Positions 33,401-43,335 of a stretch of 63,827 nucleotides of DNA are shown piece after piece. The stretch is taken from positions 294,250-358,076 of the forward strand of contig NW_004797603.1 in the NCBI RefSeq assembly GCF_000002075.1, in the 5' to 3' direction. The notes under the pieces were generated by a model. The model was given only the letters and a program-made list of their open reading frames with translations, did not search any database and had not been told where the DNA came from. The position numbers and the translations under genes were made by a program. Numbering within the stretch: position 1 is the first letter of the stretch; each line of letters opens with the position of its first letter. Source of the stretch: Aplysia californica (Eukaryota).

Positions 33401-36400
33401 ATTTATGAGACTGAAAAGAGTTCTAATTCTTTGCTAAAGTAATTTGTAACAACAGTGAAAGAGGTCAGCTGATTCCAAGTGCTTAACTGCTCCACCACAG
33501 ACCCCAATGATGTGGAAGATATGGGCTCTGAAAATTGAAATAATGAACAAAACGCCCACCAAAACCATCTAAGCATTGTTGGCTTTTTCTTTCCTTCACA
33601 TAAATAATGAGACTTACTTGATGTGTTGTGATTGTATTCTGGACTAATCGGTATCGACTGCCTAGTGTAAGACTCTGTTATGTGCCATTTTCGCCTCTGC
33701 AGGTTGGGGGCCCATAGTTTTACTGGGGGGGCAAAGAATACACCTGCCGTGATACTGACTTACTGCGCGTGGTAAGAAGCAATTAAAGGTGCATAGGTCT
33801 GGTCTCCGGAAAAGTGCCAGTTTGCAGAGGGCCAACTACCCAACCCAGTAAAAAACAGTCAGTTACAGAAACACTGACAAACACAGCTTTTTATTTTTAG
33901 ATCTTGACTTGGGTGATGGAGGAGCTTCTGCATCAGCAGGAAATTAATGTACAGAAAAGTGGGAAGACATGGAATAACGTCAAGAGTCTAATCCAGGATA
34001 GAGAAAGGTGGCCAGGAAAGGTTTGTTCGAGGCCTTTACCCTGGTGCAGGGTGAGAAAGACATTTGTGATAAGGATGATGATATACCATTTTGAAAAGTG
34101 ACTTACGATGGGGTCTCATACTGGGCTGTCTGTACAAGTTAATCCCTCTGTCCGTGACCACAAGAAGAGTTGGTGTGACTTGCTATCATCAGACTGACCG
34201 CTGTCCCCTCTCCAGGTTTGTGTCCCTGATTCAGTCCAAGACGCCCAAAGTGACCATGTACACACAGCGGGCCAAGTGCATGCTGATGGAGAACCAGCCG
34301 TGCCCAGACTTCATGGCCGAGTTTTACGATGGTAGCTTTCTCATATTTTACTCACTTTGTCTCTTCTTTTACAATCTCATCTTTTACTCACTTTGTCTCA
34401 TCTTTTACTCACTTTGTCTCATCTTTTACTCACTTTGTCTCATCTTTTACTCACTTTGTCTCATCTTTTACTCACTTTGTCTCATCTTTTACTCACTTTG
34501 TCTCATCTTTTACTCACTTTGTCTCATCTTTTGCTCTCTTTGTCTCATCTTTTGCTCAATGTGTCTCATCTTTTGCTCACTTTGTCTCATCTTTTACTCA
34601 CTTTGTCTCATCTTTTACTCACTTCGTCTCGTCATTTACTCAGTTCCTACTTCATGTTCAACACTCTTTGTCTCATCTTTTACTCACTTTCTTCCTGCTT
34701 TATGTTTGCTCACTTTGTCTCATTTTAAAAATGAATTTAATTATTGGCTCATCACCTTTTATGCTTGTTTTTTTAAAAATTCTCTGTGGATTTCGCTGAA
34801 ACCCATTGATCAAAGGCACAAGAAATGTGAATTTTTGGTTTTGTAACACAGTGACTGATTTATGTAATGTATGTTGGCTGAAATTGTTTTCCCAGCTAAT
34901 TATATACATGAACCTGTTCCCAGGAGCCAAGTTTTCCTCTGGTGCTAAAGGAGTGAAGATCATAGAAAAAGATGGCACGAGTCTGACACTGGAGTCTGCG
35001 GAGGTGAACCAGAGGCTGAGTGGAGAGACAAGAGATATTTTACAGTATGTTCAACAGGTGGGCTGGCTTTGATTTATTTTTATCATGACCTTTAACACAG
35101 CTTCATGTAAAAATACGAATGAAAGAATTCATGCTATTATCATGGGGACCTTTTTTTTCCAATGCTATTTGTACAAAACTAGTGTTATTTGAATCTGCCA
35201 TTTTCCCATCCAGGTTGAAGTACAGTCTGTTAATTGAGAGTACTGGAAAAAGTCAAAACGCCAAAAGCAGACAGTTCCAGATGGTCATAACAATGATTGC
35301 TTTTACAGACATTAATGTGTGTTTTGATGAGTGGGGGATTTTTGTTCACTCTTATTATTTTCTCGGAGATGAAATTATCTTTCTGATAGTGAGACTCTAG
35401 AAAATGTTTTGAATCTTTTAATACTTTTCCATAACTCTTTAAACCCCATCAGATGCTGGGAACGTCCGGCGGTAATAACCCTGTTCCCCATCGGACACTA
35501 GGACTAGAAGCGTCCACTACTAGTGACAACTGTTTCATTTGATATTATATATAGTACTAGTTTTTGCTTGTTTTTTGGAACTATTCCCGAACCAAGATTT
35601 TTAGTAATGACTAAGCATTTGTTTCCGCCATTTAGAAGTTGGAGGTAAACTTCTGGGGTTATAATGAGACATAGTGCACCAGGTTTAGGTGACTGTAGAA
35701 AAAACTCCGGGAAATGGTGAAAAAAAACTCAGGGTTTAAAGAATTAAGTTTGTTCCTCACCTTTGTGTTTCCAAGCTAATTTTACACACACAAAAATCAT
35801 CTTCCAGTGTCGCCAGCAGTGTGTTCAGCTAGAACAAGTCATTTCCTCAGTGCAGTCCGCAAGCTCAAGAGCTGACCAGCTGTTTCCCGTTATTGTTGGA
35901 AGGTAGGTCGATCGTCTATATTAATCCTAAATTGTTGTGTGATCGGGACAGTTAAAAAAAATTGCTGCTGTTTGAACTAGACAAGAACATTTTTTACCTT
36001 TTGTGGGTGGGGGGGTTTGGTCCTCAGTTGAGATAGATACGCAGTTGAAAACTTGTCGCTTGTCTCTGTATATTTTGTCTGAAATGATGTGTGTAAAATC
36101 TTCTGTTTGAAAAATCCCTGTACTGTGGCTATTGTTTTATTCTGTGTTGATGTTATGTTCTGCTTCTTCGACAGTTGTATTTCTTTTGTCCTTATCTGTC
36201 CCTTTCAAAATAGTTTAGTTTAGTTATTTTACTTACTTGTGGTGAACTACAGCTCAACAAGAAAAAACAACCCACATCAGTATTTCTTTTTCAGTGTCAT
36301 TATTGTTATTGTCAGGTGGGTGTTCTGGTTTAAACAGGTGATAATGGGTGCTCTGGGTTGATTAACCCCCTCCTTTTTTTTTCCTACGTTTCTTCTATCA

Positions 36401-39400
36401 TCCTTATGTTAACCTGATGCGAAACGTGGACATTGTCTTGCCACTGGATACAATTCAGTCAGTGGGTGGTTGGTGGGTGCTCTGGTGTGGTTTGCTCCTT
36501 CTTTCCTATCAAACACCTGTCATCCTTATCTCCCCTCCTTCTTTTTTGTGTTTGTAACTCTCATGTAACACCTCTAATCTTCGGCACACTTATGACCTAA
36601 TTGTGTTGCATGTGCCGTAGAACACTTACTAAAACTTAAAAAATAGTTCTAATGTTTTACTGGTTTCATTAAAACTCTTTGTTTACCGTGTCTCTCCTCC
36701 CCCCCCCCCCCCCCCCCCCCCCCCTGTTGAAGTACCGTAAAGCTCTTATTAAAACTTTTAAAAAACGTACATGTCAGTAGCTCCCCAACACTTACTGGTT
36801 TTACAACTGTTGATATTGATTTCTTGTTGCAGTTGGTTGGGCAGATTGGTGGGTGGTTGGAGAGCACCACTAGTAGATCTTACTTTTTTTCTTTCCCTCT
36901 GTTGTTTCTATCTATCTGTCCTGCTTCTTCACTGCTTTATATGACCATTATTGTGTCGATTTTGCTTTCTGTTATTCAAAGTGGACGGTTGGCAGGTGCT
37001 CTGGTGTGGTTTGCTCCCTTCTTTCCTATCAAACATCTATTTTCCTTATCTCTCCTTTTTTTGTGTGTGTGTGTGTGTTTTTTACTCTCTCGTAACACTT
37101 CTAATCTCCGGCACTTTCATGACCTAATTGTGTTGCAAGTGCTGTAAAACTCTTACTAAAACTAAACTAAAGCTTCTATCGCCCTTTTCTCCCCTCCTTT
37201 TATGCGTTGTAACACTTTTCTAATCTCCAGCATTCATATGACCTTATTGTTTTGCAAGTAAAGCATCTGTACTCAAACTCAGCAGTTTGAGGGTTTTATG
37301 ACCCTTGGTATCGACTCAGCCTTAACACTCTAACTTACCGTGTTTCTTTCCCACCCCCGTGGTACACACAGACGGCCCGACCGGAGCTGCCTGGAAAGAA
37401 CGGGCTCCAGTTCAGGCAGCAGCAGCAGAGGTCACGGGGTCAACGACACTCAGCTCTCCACCATCCGACCCAAAGTACAGGTGAGGAGACAGAGAGACAT
37501 TAGACAATACACTGACAGTCAGCAACATTTGGTGGGAAACAGAGGGCTGTATCACTTACTTGCATCAAAGAATTTTTATGGATGTGTACAAAGCTTCAGC
37601 CAGATGTATTAGTTCTAAAGAACTTTTTGAATTGATATCATTTAAAAGTTCAGGCTTTTTTTTTTCATAGCCAGTTGGCACATCTGTATCCACTTTGTGC
37701 CTCTCAGAGATACACATATATGTCCGTGATCATATTCACTTTTTTTTCCTCCCAGATACCCACATCTAACAGTGATCTTTTCTGCTTTTTCCTCCCTGGC
37801 GTCACTTTTTTACCTCTCGTATATCCACATATAATACATGTCAGTGATCATATCCACTTTTTCCCTCCCAGATATCCACATCTGTCGATAATTATGTCCA
37901 CTTTTTCCCTCCCAGATATCCATGTTAGTAATTTAATTATGTCCACTTTTTCCCTCCCAGATATTCACATTTGTCAGTTATCATATCCTCTTTTTCCCTC
38001 CCAGATATTCGCATTTGTCAGTTATCATATCCTCTTTTTTCCTCTCAGATATCCACATTTGTCAGTTATCATATCCTCTTTTTTCCTCTCAGATATTCAC
38101 ATTTGTCAGTTATCATATCCTCTTTTTTCCTCTCAGATATCCACATTTGTCAGTTATCATATCCTCTTTTTTCCTCTCAGATATCCACATTTGTCAGTTA
38201 TCATATCCTCTTTTTTCCTCTCAGATATTCACATTTGTCAGTTATCATATCCTCTTTTTTCCTCTCAGATATCCACATTTGTCAGTTATCATATCCTCTT
38301 TTTTCCTCTCAGATATCCACATTTGTCAGTTATCATATCCTCTTTTTTCCTCTCAGATATCCACATTTGTCAGTAATTGTGTCCTTTTTTTTCCCTCCCA
38401 GATATCCACATCCGTCAGAAATTTAAATTATGTCCACTTTTTCCCTCTCAGATGTCCACGTTTGACGGGACGCTGACGAGCACCGCGGCCGACCAGACCC
38501 TGGACAACACACTACTGACCACTGCCTCCACCTCCTCCTCCTCCTCCTCCTCCTCCTCCGCCTCATCCTCCTCGGGGAAAAAGAACGCATCTCCCTCCTC
38601 GCGCCACGCCTCCTCCACCCAGCCCAGGTCCTCCTACGTGGTGCAGCAGATGTTTGTCCCGGACATCGGCTGGGCCTCGCAGACGGCCGCAGGGGAGGTT
38701 TGGGTTCGGTTCCAGGATGGGACGCAGCTGGGTGTCAAGTCTACTGCCACGACGGTCACTTACGTCAACGCCTCTGGCAAAGTGCACAAGTAGGTGTCTC
38801 ACGTTGTTAGTTTTTAGACTTTTAAAAATGTTTTTGAGGTGGGGGTCATATATTGAACTGAGAATTTGTGATTGGGGGGGGTTTACAAAAAATAGAGAAA
38901 GCCTGTCGCAATCTTGAAAGTGATATACACTGCACGCATATACGCACCTGTAACCTGGTTCATGACAATCAAATTTGGGATGCATAGTCACTGAGATAAG
39001 GAATATTATTATTTTGGACAAATTGGAATGCTTGTCACTGTGTATGATGAATAACATTTGAATAGCGCAAATTCCCGCTCAGCAGCAAGCTGTGTGTGCT
39101 TTACAATGCTACTCCAGCAGACCAGATAACATTCTGAAACAATCTCAAGTTCCCGGGAAGCTTGTAGAGCTAACAGCTATTTTACAGGCGCGAAAACACA
39201 AATGCTGACGAGATGACCTTTCACTGTTTCTAAAGGTTTTTGTCTTATTTTGTTATTTCCTGACCCTTTTATTTCTCACCCCCAGATTTCACCAGTCGGA
39301 TTATCTGCCCGACGTGGTCAAGAGCAAACTGAGCAAACTGCCGCTGGTGCTGGAGACGCTACGGACCAAATCTCCGCACACCCACACTGCCGGCTCTTCC

Positions 39401-39415
39401 ACGTCACCGAGATGA
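15304..39415 (+). CDS. PLK4: Serine/threonine-protein kinase PLK4 (SAK), centriole duplication kinase; 19 coding exons, about 1081 aa
   Basis: Exons: 15304-15330, 18232-18327, 18826-18921, 19547-19774, 20255-20343, 20882-21114, 21566-21627, 22604-22875, 23544-23691, 28367-28972, 30057-30281, 31880-31984, 32666-32802, 34216-34331, 34924-35057, 35808-35902, 37372-37480, 38452-38789, 39286-39415 (TGA). Sum 3246 nt, all GT-AG, phases consistent. Kinase motifs [42 protein letters not shown]; phosphodegron DSGRGT; cryptic polo box ([17 protein letters not shown]..., SKTPKVT, FPVIVGRRP); PB3 ([21 protein letters not shown]). Confidence 0.96.
16475..16913. mobile_element. MITE with about 85-bp TIRs in PLK4 intron 1
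   Basis: gaagctacagcgagcacctagcacacctctgtgattgg... mirrored by ...ccaatcacagaggtgtgctaggtgctcactgtagcttc; TSD not evident. Confidence 0.75.
17080..17777. mobile_element. hAT-type non-autonomous element
   Basis: Termini TAAAGTTGGG / CCCAACCCTA; 8-bp TSD CTTTAAAG (17072-17079, 17778-17785); GC-rich subterminal CGGACG/CGAAC motifs. Confidence 0.8.
19318..19437. repeat. Exact 60-bp tandem duplication
   Basis: ttgttctaaaaaatgactactctgccaacttcaatgtataatagtatgaatactgatga occurs twice, back to back. Confidence 0.9.
22910..23154. mobile_element. Small MITE
   Basis: ggcaccaatttcaa ... ttgaaattagtgtcc inverted termini. Confidence 0.45.
24342..27967 (+). mobile_element. piggyBac DNA transposon (PGBD4-like) in PLK4 intron 9, same orientation as the host
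   Basis: TTAA target duplication at 24338-24341 and 27968-27971; imperfect TIRs CCCTCTAGCGTG / CCCACTATAGGG; three subterminal ACCC(G/A)GGAGAAACCGGG repeats (24356-24462); internal transposase. Confidence 0.9.
24703..27295 (+). pseudogene. piggyBac transposase, apparently two-exon and disrupted
   Basis: Acidic mini-exon 24703-24792 ([29 protein letters not shown], then GTAAGT); acceptor ttttctgcag|25634. Core motifs [58 protein letters not shown], and C-terminal Cys-rich domain [22 protein letters not shown]. Frameshift near 26296 (expected LCDSKTGY is out of frame). Two N gaps inside. Confidence 0.85.
30730..31770 (+). mobile_element. 5'-truncated L2/CR1-group LINE (RT C-terminus plus 3' UTR) in PLK4 intron 11
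   Basis: [88 protein letters not shown]; one internal stop; 3' hairpin GCGCATA..TATGCGC and (TAT)n tail. Confidence 0.88.
32433..32612 (+). mobile_element. Representative of an abundant ~175-bp SINE-like family (about 25 copies in the window)
   Basis: Consensus GGGTGGTTGGCGGGTGCTCTGGTGTGGTTTGCTCCTTCTTTCCTATCAAACATCTATCGTCCTTATC..GTTACTCTCTTGTAACACCTCTAATCTT..TGACCTT..GTTGC.AG.GC.GTAAAAC..ACTAAAACTAAA. This copy has a 13-bp TSD CATTAGAGCAGGT (32420-32432 / 32613-32625) and sits inside a family-B MITE. Confidence 0.85.
32786..32880 (+). repeat. 3 x 31-bp tandem repeat containing the PLK4 exon 13 donor
   Basis: TACYTGT.T.C.GCYAGGTAAG.. units start at 32786, 32817 and 32848. Confidence 0.85.
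33690..34085 (+). mobile_element. Second internally deleted RTE-like element
   Basis: Same layout: ccaacccagtaaaaaa..gttacagaaac 5' part, [20 protein letters not shown]-terminal part, ggcctttaccc 3' end, GAT-rich tail. Confidence 0.5.
34340..34722 (+). repeat. 21-bp minisatellite (CTCATCTTTTACTCACTTTGT)n directly after the exon 14 donor
   Basis: About 17 copies, degenerate at the ends; produces the periodic spurious ORFs. Confidence 0.95.
35435..35743. mobile_element. Small TIR element, possibly a piggyBac-type MITE
   Basis: (taa)ctctttaaaccc ... gggtttaaagaa(ttaa) inverted termini. Confidence 0.45.
37700..38466 (+). repeat. 44-bp minisatellite derived from the PLK4 exon 18 acceptor
   Basis: Unit CAGATATCCACATTTGTCAGTTATCATATCCTCTTTTTTCCTCT, about 16 copies; the last unit is the true junction ttccctctcag|ATGTCCACGTTTGAC. 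Confidence 0.95.
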
Positions 39416-40420
39416 GGAATACTGTTGGAATAGTATCATCATATACCACACTGCAGATTATTCCCACGTCACCGAGGCGAGAAATACTTCTCTGTCGCTG
39501 AGATGAGCAGTACCGTAGGAAGCCCCACTGCTCACTGACTGCCAGCTTTTCCATGTCTGTGGGCTGAGAAATACCGTTGGGATAGCATCGTCAGATACCC
39601 GTGGTTTTTTTTACCACATCGCCTAGATGAAAAGTACTTCTGGGTCACCGAGATGAGAAAATCCTTTGGAATAGCATCGTCAGACGCCTATGGGTTTTGG
39701 TCCACATTGGCTACACGTTAAATACGTCTTGAGTCACCGAGACGAGAAACACCGTTGGAATAGCATCGCCACACACTCGTGGTTTTTCCACATCATGTAC
39801 CTGAGAAATACTTCTTAATCGCTGAGATGAGAAATGCTGTTGTTCTCCACGTCACCGAGGTGAGAAATTCCTTTTGGATAGCATCGCCAGACACTCGTGG
39901 TATTTTTCTCACATCGCCCAAATGAGAAATACTTCTGGGTCGGGTCACCGAGATGAGAAATGCCATTGGAATAGCATTGCCACACACTCAGTTTTTTTCA
40001 CATCACTTAGATGAGAAATACTTCTAGGTCACCGAAATGAGAAGTACTATTGTTCTCCACATCGCCGAAGTGAGAAATTCCGTTGGGATAACATCACCAG
40101 ACACTCGTGGTTTTTTTCCCACATTGCCCAGATGAGAAATACTTTCGGGTCTTCGAGTTCGAGATGGGATATACCGTTGGAATAGCATCACCAAATAGTG
40201 CCGGTTTTTCCACATCATCGAAATTGAGAAGTGCTGTTGTTGTGTCCACTAAACAGCAACTTCCGCCCTGACAGCGAGCAAGGACTGGCTCCCAAGGGGG
40301 TTTCTGTCAGGCGGACACCGGTGTTCTGTTGTTCTTCCAGGCCACGGAGGTGAGAAGTACTGTTGAAGCAGCTTCATCGGACAGTGCTGCTTCTTCCACA
40401 ACTCGGAGATGAGAAAATGC
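39397..40420 (+). repeat. Degenerate higher-order tandem array in the PLK4 3'UTR, derived from the stop-codon region
   Basis: About 20 copies of CCACRTCACCGAGATGAGAAATAC, alternating ~58-bp and ~28-bp units; the first copy encodes S-T-S-P-R-stop. Confidence 0.85.
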
Positions 40421-40723
40421 TGTTGTCAGAGCAGACACGCTTGTTGCTGCTGATGTTGGTTTCCTGATGTTCTTCTTGTTGGATCTTTTTATCTCAGTTC
40501 ACCAGTTCACCATTTTGTGCTATTGGCTTTATTCTGATATATGTGATGATAAAGTGAGGAATTGTGTATACNNNNNNNNNNNNNNNNNNNNNNNNNNNNN
40601 NNNNNNNNNNNNNNNNNNNNNNNNNNNNNNNNNNNNNNNNNNNNNNNNNNNNNNNNNNNNNNNNNNNNNNNNNNNNNNNNNNNNNNNNNNNNNNNNNNNN
40701 NNCTTTCTCAGTTCTGTCTTTTA

Positions 40724-40793
<70 letters not shown>

Positions 40794-41892
40794 ATCATTC
40801 CTTCCCTTCCCCGTTTCGGGGACTATTCTGTTGTTCTATTCTCTATGACTCTAAACCTTAAACCATTGGGTGACAACTGAACACAGAAAAATTGTGGTCT
40901 TTCTGGACCTTTAAAGTAGATTCTTTCTGAAAGAGCTTTTAGTTTTGATCGGGGGGGGGGGGGGATGTTGCCTTTCCTTTTTAAATGTTTTCTATCAAAT
41001 GTTGTAAATGAAAACAGTGTTTGTGATCATAAAACAATGGTAGCTTCACATATGAATCATTCCCTTTCTTTGTGGCCTTTCTTTAACAAGATGTTGTTTG
41101 TTGTGTGTACCACAGTGCCAACTGCAATATTATATGTTTTACCGGTCAATTTATGAAAGTCAGTCGCCGCATGTACTGCAGTCAGTTTATTGTCTATTAG
41201 TGAGATATTTTATTCATGATGTCTTCTTAGGGAAGAGATGAAGATGATCTGTAATGTTGTTCTGACCCTCGAACCTGTTTTAAAATAATACGTTTCTCAA
41301 TGTCATAAAATATATATGTGCATAGGAAATTCTATTTTTATGTTCAGATAGCGAAAGCATTTGGTGAGGAGATTTTTTGTTGCTTTTATTTTTATGACTT
41401 GCTCAACATTGAAAGACAGTTGATAATATAATATGTGTATTAAATATTCATGTTTGTTCAAATAACTGATTTAAGGCAAAGAATTCTGAAGAAACTGACT
41501 GATCTCCTACTTGGGTGCTTGGCAGGTGCTCTGGTGTGATTTGCTCCTTATTTCTTATCAAACATCTGTCATCCTTATCTCACCTCCTTTTTTCTTTGTT
41601 CGTTGCTCTTTAGTAACACCTCTAATCTTCAGAATATATATGGCCTTCTATTTGTGTTACAAGTGCTGTAAAACTTTTTACTAAACCGTAGATGATCTTC
41701 AACTGTGCTGTCCCCGCTCACTCCTCTCCTCCTCCTCCCCACCCCCATGATTTGTAAAATACCAGTAGCTCCGAAGCTTGCAGTTCTTTGCTGGTTGTGG
41801 TAGAGTTGAAGGGTCAAGTGTATCTTGTTTGTTGAGAGTGCGTTTTTTTGCCTTCTTTATTTTACAGCAACTGATAACCACAAAGGAAAATT

Positions 41893-42159
41893 CAGTCAAA
41901 CCTGCTCACTCTAACGGCCTCATGCATGATAAGACAATCACCTGTACAAACGGCCACTTCTCATTCCCCCCTTGCGCCTTTTTTTTACAAATTACAGTGA
42001 CACTGTGTGTAAAGTCAATCACCTACGATCGCTTCCCACTACCCTACTTGCGTTTTTAACTATTATATAATCATAATGACACTGTCTGAAAGCACCACCT
42101 GTCTTAGATGACCATCATTCTCCTCAACAGTGGACGGTTGTCTTGGACAAGATCGACTG
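41893..42159. mobile_element. Tc1/pogo-like MITE (family B; related copies about 500-643, 7885-8033, 18350-18586, 32270-32634)
   Basis: Termini CAGTCAAACCTG / CAAGATCGACTG followed by TA; shared internal motifs tcttagacag, ggagaaaa and gaagtggc..tacaggtg. Confidence 0.65.
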
Positions 42160-43079
42160 TACTTTTACACACCCACATTGGTAAAATTGCTGATCTCTTC
42201 AGGGCAACACTTTCGTGAGATCGAAGAAAGCAGGCTTGCTTATAAATGGTCTCACGTTTTAGTAGTCTTTACTCATCGATCCTTGACCCTTTTTGTGTGC
42301 GTGTGTGTGTGTGTGAATGGAATTGGGAGACCATGCTTCTAATAATGTCTAGTAAAATAAAGTGCACTAAGACTTGTAAATTATGGAAATGGCGCGATGT
42401 AGATCTCATCATGTGTTAACATACATTGTATTATATTACCAGTTGATCAGTAGAGATGGCTTTTGTGTGCTACTCCTGCCCCATATCAGTTTCATCTCAC
42501 TATTTGCTGTAGGAATGATCCAGAATCAGGTGCAGTGAAGACTTATTAGAGTAAAGGAAGATCATTGTCATTATTCATTATAAAATTCTTTTCTTTTCTT
42601 TTTTTTTTTTTTTTCCAATTTTAGTAGAGACTTATATATTTCAATCCTGGAGGAAGACCATTGTCTTTGTCCTTTTGTTGGAATCTCACATTTATAACTC
42701 AAGTGCCTTACCTTACAGTTTAGTGCGGTTCTTTGGCACTCTGAATGTGTCAAATAATTGTGACGGGCATTGAGCATGTTGTAGAGTATGGATATAATGT
42801 GCTATAGATAAATGCAACTGCGACTATTATTACTATTTATTATTTATCTTGACCTTTTTGGGACTAGCATTGACTCCTGTCTTTAGAACTTTAGAACATG
42901 TTATGGAACTGAATTGTCTTTTGTCCAGAGTACTTGCATAGAAAGAATCAAGTGTGTGCTTAGATCATACTTTTTTCTTAGCGGTACTAGCAAATAATCA
43001 CCTTGACTCGGAGTTAAAGCATTGTGTCCTCGAAATTGCAGTCATGTTCACATCCTTGTCCGGTCCCCTGAACGAAGAC

Positions 43080-43335
43080 TGTAATGTTATTATTGTCCTT
43101 CACAGATCTTCCCACAGCTGGTCACCTCTGAAAGTGTTTATAAATATAAATCTCTGGCCCAGAGGTTGGGGTTCAATGACTCATCTTTGCTTACGGTCGC
43201 TAGCTGACGTTATACACTGGCATAGTTCGGCCTGCCCATGCCTTGATGTTATCGGTCAACATTATTCTTTGTCCACCTGTGGCCCTTTTGCCCCACATCT
43301 TGCCTTGAGATCTATCCTTGTCTGTGCTGTGATGG
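43080..43335 (-). mobile_element. RTE/BovB-like RT C-terminal fragment
   Basis: QGKMWGKRATGGQRIMLTDNIKAW resembles the G.ieGkR.rGrqR..w.DnikeW motif. Confidence 0.5.

Noticed and set aside
34091-34846. Long ORFs with periodic LIFYSLC / SSFTHFV / LLLTLSH repeats
   Set aside because: Translations of the 21-bp intronic minisatellite; only 34216-34331 is a real exon.
37675-38476. Three overlapping 150-230 aa ORFs
   Set aside because: By-product of a stop-free 44-bp repeat; no independent start context or domain.
39397-40420. CRISPR-like repeat/spacer appearance
   Set aside because: The apparent spacers are homologous to each other, the repeats are degenerate, the context is a eukaryotic 3'UTR, and there are no cas genes.
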